From positions 496,001-543,548 of the forward strand of contig PPNB01000005.1 in assembly GCA_003707115.1 (NCBI GenBank): DNA of 47,548 nt, in the 5' to 3' direction. Of this stretch, positions 42,730 to 47,548 are shown piece after piece. The position numbers were made by a program, and so were the translations under genes. Position 1 is the stretch's first letter. Every line of letters starts with the position of its first letter. This stretch comes from Tortispora ganteri. Taxonomy: Eukaryota. The notes beneath the pieces were generated by a model that saw nothing but the letters and a program-made list of their open reading frames with translations, was not told the origin of the DNA and ran no database searches.

Positions 42730-44349
42730 TCATCCCTGAACTACTGGTGCTATTTTCTGCACAGCTTTGACGACCCATTCATCCATGTATCTTGGTCCTA
42801 TAAGCTGCAAAGAAATCGGCGCTCCTTTTACGGTTTCTGGGTTGTATCTCTCATATTCACTTGCATCGGAAGGAGATATAGGTGAGTATTCAGGGTCCTT
42901 GATGTCGATTTCTGGGTCTGCTTTCAGTCCAGTTGGAAACACCATGGCCGGCATGTCAAGAACATTGAACAACATAGTATATGTTCCGTAAAGCATTTCG
43001 TGCACAGGAGCAGCAGGTCCAGGGTACATCGGGCAGAGCACAAAATCGACGCCGAGAGCCTTCATCTGTGCTTTATAAGCTTGACGCAACTTGTCGCGAG
43101 TGTCATTGATTTCCCAAACAGTTTTGGCATCAATACTTTTGCCGGTAAATGCCGCCTCTATTTTCTTCAGAGGAGTGATGTAAGGTTCGCCACTTTTTCC
43201 AAGAACTTCAAGTTGCGCCTGTCCTCCATCTGCAAACCATGATGCGTAAGCCATCTTAGGAATCTCGGTCGTACCAATTGGAGGGAAAGGCACAATAGTG
43301 AAACCGGCCTTCTTAAGTTTGTCTTCAGCATACTTAATACCCCTAGTGATAGGAGGCAACGTTTTGACTACACCGTCGTCGTACATGATACCGATAGTAA
43401 ACTTTTCAGAAAGGTCTGGTTCGCGCCAGGGGAGAGGTACAAGAGAAGCATCTTTTTCCCAGGGTTTTGCATCAAGGTACGCCTTCAGGTACAGCTCTGT
43501 GTCCAGCGGAGAGTTCGTGAGGGGCGCCATTGTGCATATGATTGTCTCTTGTCCTGGTCCAGGAAGAATACTGCCAACCAAAGACATTCTTAAAGACGTC
43601 ATTTTGATTCCGTAACCTCCACAAAAAGCCGCAGGTATGCGTATAGAGCCACCGATATCGGTACCAATACCAATAGGAGTTCCTCGCATACCAATAAGGG
43701 CACCCTCACCGCCAGACGATCCGCCGCATGTAAGCTTGCGGTTGTACGGGTTGACAGTTCGACCGTGTATGTTGTTCTCGGTTTCTCCGACCATGAGCGA
43801 CAGAGGTTCATTGGTTCTGGCAAAATGTATAGCACCAGCAGCCTTCAGTATTTGAAGAGTTACTGCATCTTCAGGCTCCTCGTGTTCTACCCATGCAGCA
43901 TACGAGGCGTGAGTGATATGGCCTTTAGTAGCGATATGCTCCTTTGTTGAAATCGGAAGCCCGTGTAAAGGACCCACAGTTTTTCCTGTAGACTTGAAAA
44001 ACAAGTCTAGCTCTTTCGCACGAGCAATTGCTTCATCAAAGAGCAATTCCGTACAGCAGTTGACTACTTGATGCGCAATCTGGGAACGTTTAGCAAAAGC
44101 CCGGACAACCTCTTCGGAAGTGAGTTTTCCTGCAGCAATATCCTCTACCAGTTTTGTCGCCGTAGAGGTCGTAATTTCTAACTCTTCCTTTGAAAGATAG
44201 GAGTTAGGCACGGCGGTGACATCAAGAGTATCTTCCGGCACATCTATTTTAGGTACCAGCCCTTTCAGTGTGGCGTCGGTTTTGGCACGGTACGCCTCGA
44301 CCTTTGGAAGCCAAATGCTATTGTAGAGATCTAAGTCTTCGGTAAGCAT
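42730..44349 (-). CDS. Amidase-signature family enzyme (acetamidase AmdS/Amd2-like)
   Basis: GPLHGLPISTKE (catalytic Lys), GGSSGGEGALI, GIGTDIGGSIRIPAAFCG (Ser-cisSer), APISLQLIG. Confidence 0.95.
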   Translation of the reverse strand: MLTEDLDLYNSIWLPKVEAYRAKTDATLKGLVPKIDVPEDTLDVTAVPNSYLSKEELEITTSTATKLVEDIAAGKLTSEEVVRAFAKRSQIAHQVVNCCTELLFDEAIARAKELDLFFKSTGKTVGPLHGLPISTKEHIATKGHITHASYAAWVEHEEPEDAVTLQILKAAGAIHFARTNEPLSLMVGETENNIHGRTVNPYNRKLTCGGSSGGEGALIGMRGTPIGIGTDIGGSIRIPAAFCGGYGIKMTSLRMSLVGSILPGPGQETIICTMAPLTNSPLDTELYLKAYLDAKPWEKDASLVPLPWREPDLSEKFTIGIMYDDGVVKTLPPITRGIKYAEDKLKKAGFTIVPFPPIGTTEIPKMAYASWFADGGQAQLEVLGKSGEPYITPLKKIEAAFTGKSIDAKTVWEINDTRDKLRQAYKAQMKALGVDFVLCPMYPGPAAPVHEMLYGTYTMLFNVLDMPAMVFPTGLKADPEIDIKDPEYSPISPSDASEYERYNPETVKGAPISLQLIGPRYMDEWVVKAVQKIAPVVQG

Positions 44350-44463
44350 GATCGCAGACTAAACCAGTAAAGTATGTCACACTGTCGGTTGTGATATGTC
44401 ATCTCAATTTATATTATAGCGCACGGCAAGCGCGCTGTAATCGGGGCAAGTACTGAAGAATTT

Positions 44464-44500
44464 GATAAAGTAGCCAGACACGATAAGCGGCCCTTTTATC
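44464..44500. promoter_or_regulatory. Cluster of three GATAA sites upstream of the amidase (candidate AreA/Gln3/Gat1 nitrogen control)
   Basis: GATAA 44464, GATAAG 44482 and TTATC 44496 within 37 nt, 115-150 nt upstream of the ATG. Confidence 0.5.
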
Positions 44501-45624
44501 AGCCTTGGAAAAAAGAGTTTCCGTATTGACCAATCACTGCCATTACCGACTATGGGGTGTTCACAGGAACCTTATGAATATTTTATACGCTGATATACCT
44601 ACTGCGTTTGAGCCGCTTTTGCATTCCGTGACACAATTGTTGCGTATTGTTCACTTGATAAATTCGAAGAGCGTATTTGTTGCCGCTGAAGCGTAGTAGC
44701 AGATCACGGTTTATCGTAGAAGCGTTTAACAAGTCTGTTGCTACTCACAGCGCGGCTCTGTAGGAATTCCACAAATATATGATGATTAATACGCGTGTTA
44801 TCTGTATATTGTAAATCAAATGTATAACACATTATTTGGCGTTGTGTAGGATGCCATCTACTCTAAGTGAATTGAACGGATGGTCGATCGCATTCGATGT
44901 AGCCAGCTACGAATCAGGTGGAGACACTAGGGATTGATCTGCTTATATAAAACATCCATCGTGGCGGATGTTCTTTTACGGCGTTACCAGAAATGACAAA
45001 ATGTTATACATTGCCGATGAATCACATTCAAAACTGCTTTGAAGCGCTATCATAGAACCACGCTTGACTGTCTTGCAACAAGTTCTTTAACGATAAGACT
45101 TTCTGATACCGAGAAAGTGGGACTTATATATTAGCAAAAATTTAGAAAACTTGCTATATTATCTCTTTTTTGATTGATAACCTGCTAATAGCTGAACATT
45201 ACAGCCAATAATTTAGGAACTCTGCTGTGAGATCACCTTAACAAAAAACGAGAACCTTATAGCAGCTATTGATAGCGCCTTTGGCCTACTAAAGAGCTAA
45301 GTTTTATTATATGAGCTTGATCTATTGGGTTAACCATACCTTAGCAGGAAAGGAGACTAGTGCAATAATGGCAATTGTATTGCGTTTAGAACAGTGCTAG
45401 CGGACTAATAAACCATTAAAGCAGAGACTAGCAGGTTATAGGTTTTGTTGCCAGAACGAGTGGGCAGAATGCAGGGATTGTAATAAAGCACAGGAAGCTG
45501 GTGTATTCCCAAATAGTCATTTTAGTTATGAGACATATCCAAGTGGCGAGTATGATTTAGCAATTGAGATCGATTATTAATTTATTGCTAATAATAGTCG
45601 CTTGTTTAGTGCTAATATAATCGT

Positions 45625-46725
45625 TGGTATTGGTACTGGTTTTTAGGGTGGTAGCTAGGTGTGAAGATTGTTTAGATTTTGGCTCGGTCGCAGTCGGGCA
45701 AGTTAGACCGACTCGCTGAGACTTACTAACCGACAACATCATGAGCACTGTTACGGAAGTGAAGAAGTTTTTGTGCGAGCCGCCGGTGGAAACGACAACG
45801 GTTTATGGACGAGTATTTGCTAGCACGTCGGGGGTGGTTACTGCGTTCGATGGGAAGTGTGGGGCTGATCTTGTAACGGTCAGCGGGTGGAACTGCCAGC
45901 AGTGCGTGGCAGCGGCGGGCAGCGCCCTGTCAATGCGCACTTCCCGGTCGTCGTACAGCGAGGACGTGTGTGCAGTAGGCCACGACGTGTTCGACGGTAG
46001 GGCCGGGCCGAAAGTGGCTCTGGCTGCAGAAGTGACGGGCGATGGGATCGCTGCGGAAGGCGGTGTGGACTGGTGGAGGTGATGTGCTACGTCGAGAACG
46101 GCACAATCACGGCGATCAGGGATGGAGCGGACATGTTCGTCGGGAAAATTGGGATGACTTGCAGAAAGATCGAAGCGATCGGGACTGAGCGATTGGTTTA
46201 CGGGGGAACGATGATCAGGACGGTGTCTAGGTGTACGCCTGTACGTGTAGTTGTTGTGCCGAGCAGCCGCAAGCAATAAGGTGGCGAGATAGTGATCGGT
46301 CATGCTGGGATGTCTTTGGTGCTAGGAGTATCGGCAGGCGAGGATAAAAAACTGAGTGCAGCTGCGAGTGCGACCGAGCTCCACCCTGGTAGTTCAAGTG
46401 CCAGTTCGACTGCAACTTTCAGCTCGAGAATCAGTTGGAGTCTCGGTTTGAGCGGGTCCAGCTCGGTTCAGTAGAGTGCGGCCGTCTCAATTAGCGACAG
46501 CTGCGCAGTGGTGTCGACGTGCCCCCAGTACGAACCGTCGCGGTCGCTGCTGGCGCAAGCGTGGGCGATGAATCATAGGCAATACAATGAAACGCAAGTG
46601 GCTAACTGGAGTACCGCATCGGGAATTCCAGCGATGTTGGCCTGGAAATTGGTTATAACCTAAAGAATATCATCTCTCATATCTCATGGCAATGCAGTGA
46701 CGGAGGTGTTGGTGTATATTTTTGG
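45625..46725 (+). ncRNA. Large structured non-coding RNA; candidate telomerase RNA (TER/TLC1)
   Basis: GC-rich island with no credible ORF. 5'/3' terminal pairing (45625-45658 with 46649-46672); hairpin 45683-45720 abutting GACTTACTAACCGAC (45720-45734); A6 run 46346-46351; three-way junction 46476-46619; Sm-type ATTTTTGG 46718-46725. Many helices need G-U pairs on the + strand. Boundaries are approximate. Confidence 0.55.
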
Positions 46726-47548
46726 ACCAGACAAAATGGAGAGTGTGTATGGACGTATTCCCGGCTATATGCGTAGGATATGGCGGGAAGGGGTGATGAA
46801 GTGCGGGACATAGATAACAATTGGAAACGGAGGATGACAATACGCGCACCCTACATAAAGTAGCGCAACTTGGTATCTAGGAGAACCCTTATACGCGTGG
46901 TGGATGCTGTTGCGATTTGTGTTCTACAATGAGAATTCTGACTTCATTGAGGTTCAGTTCTCCGAGCCGCACTGATTTATTTTGTAGTTATACATTGATG
47001 ATTTCAGCGGGTGTATAGACGAAAGTATCTTGACATGTAGTGTTTATGGGAATTGGGGAGATTGGGAGAGGTTAAGGGGATTCTGGGGATGGAGAGAAAG
47101 GAATGATTTAGCAGCATTATTATTAATATTTCTATTATTATTGTTGTTGTTAATGTGTGCAGTATATTAGATAGAGGAGATTAGACGAGATCACATAAGA
47201 TTGAATCAGGTAAGAAATAAGGATAAGATTCTGACAGATTCCCGATCTAGTCTGGCACCTATAAAGGCATTCCACTATGTTGCTACCGATTCTAGTGCCG
47301 ATTTATCTGAAATATTTGCGGCGATGTATATGTCGGAAACTACTAAGTGCAGAGCAAAATACCTGATACTTTATACAAGCTCAACGAGCGGACTGTTTAC
47401 TTGAGTGATCTTAGCAACACCGATTTTTCGGTGGGCTGGGTATTTCAAAGCGAAACTACTTGACCTTCGTTAGTTGTTAGCTATTTCAAGTCAAATACTG
47501 ATTCGATGTATGTATTATTTACACTGAATAATATTGCTAAAATAGTTG

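Noticed and set aside
45719..45732. ACTTAC as U1 snRNA 5' end, or TACTAAC as intron branchpoint
   Set aside because: U1 needs ATACTTACCT at the RNA 5' end; there is no nearby YAG acceptor or coding exon for an intron.
45741..46200. Antizyme-like +1 frameshift at GGVDWWR-TGA
   Set aside because: The +1 frame stops after ~35 codons and shows no antizyme domain.
45803..46303. 166-aa minus-strand ORF, and the + strand ORFs 45741-46082, 46073-46279 and 46292-46474
   Set aside because: No recognisable domain, and open frames occur on both strands, as expected in GC-rich structured RNA. G-U-dependent helices favour a + strand ncRNA. Not fully excluded.
46793..46945. Box C (GTGATGA) and box D (CTGA) with GAAG/CTTC flanks: C/D snoRNA?
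   Set aside because: No convincing rRNA-complementary guide identified by eye and the motifs are short; would need snoscan.

Overview
Gene-dense, intron-poor fungal chromosomal segment. It is most likely from an early-diverging budding yeast (Saccharomycotina; inference) using the standard code, since CTG sits at conserved Leu positions such as HMT1 EMLKD. About 26 protein genes can be read: UBP12-like (3' truncated), DAL3, MUP1-like permease, NUM1/ApsA, DUF2439/MTE1-like, ERG1, COG6, HIS1, RIO1, ATG17, MET30, BUR6, MDM34, DOA10/SSM4, PXA1, ROK1, ATP20, a YqjM-type flavin oxidoreductase, KRR1, HMT1, an F-box-like protein, RPN12 (with a small first exon missed by the ORF track), a secreted alkaline phosphatase, a Zn2Cys6 regulator and an amidase, plus a possible 65-aa orphan. 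Gene names come from recognising motifs by eye, not from a database search. No tRNA, rRNA, transposon or CRISPR was seen. The most interesting feature is a ~1.1 kb GC-rich, apparently non-coding, heavily base-paired + strand region at ~45625-46725. It has 5'/3' end pairing, a hairpin directly followed by a CTAACC-containing template-like segment, an A-run, a three-way junction and an Sm-type site. This is the architecture of a yeast telomerase RNA and would predict a telomere repeat such as GGTTAGTAAGTC.
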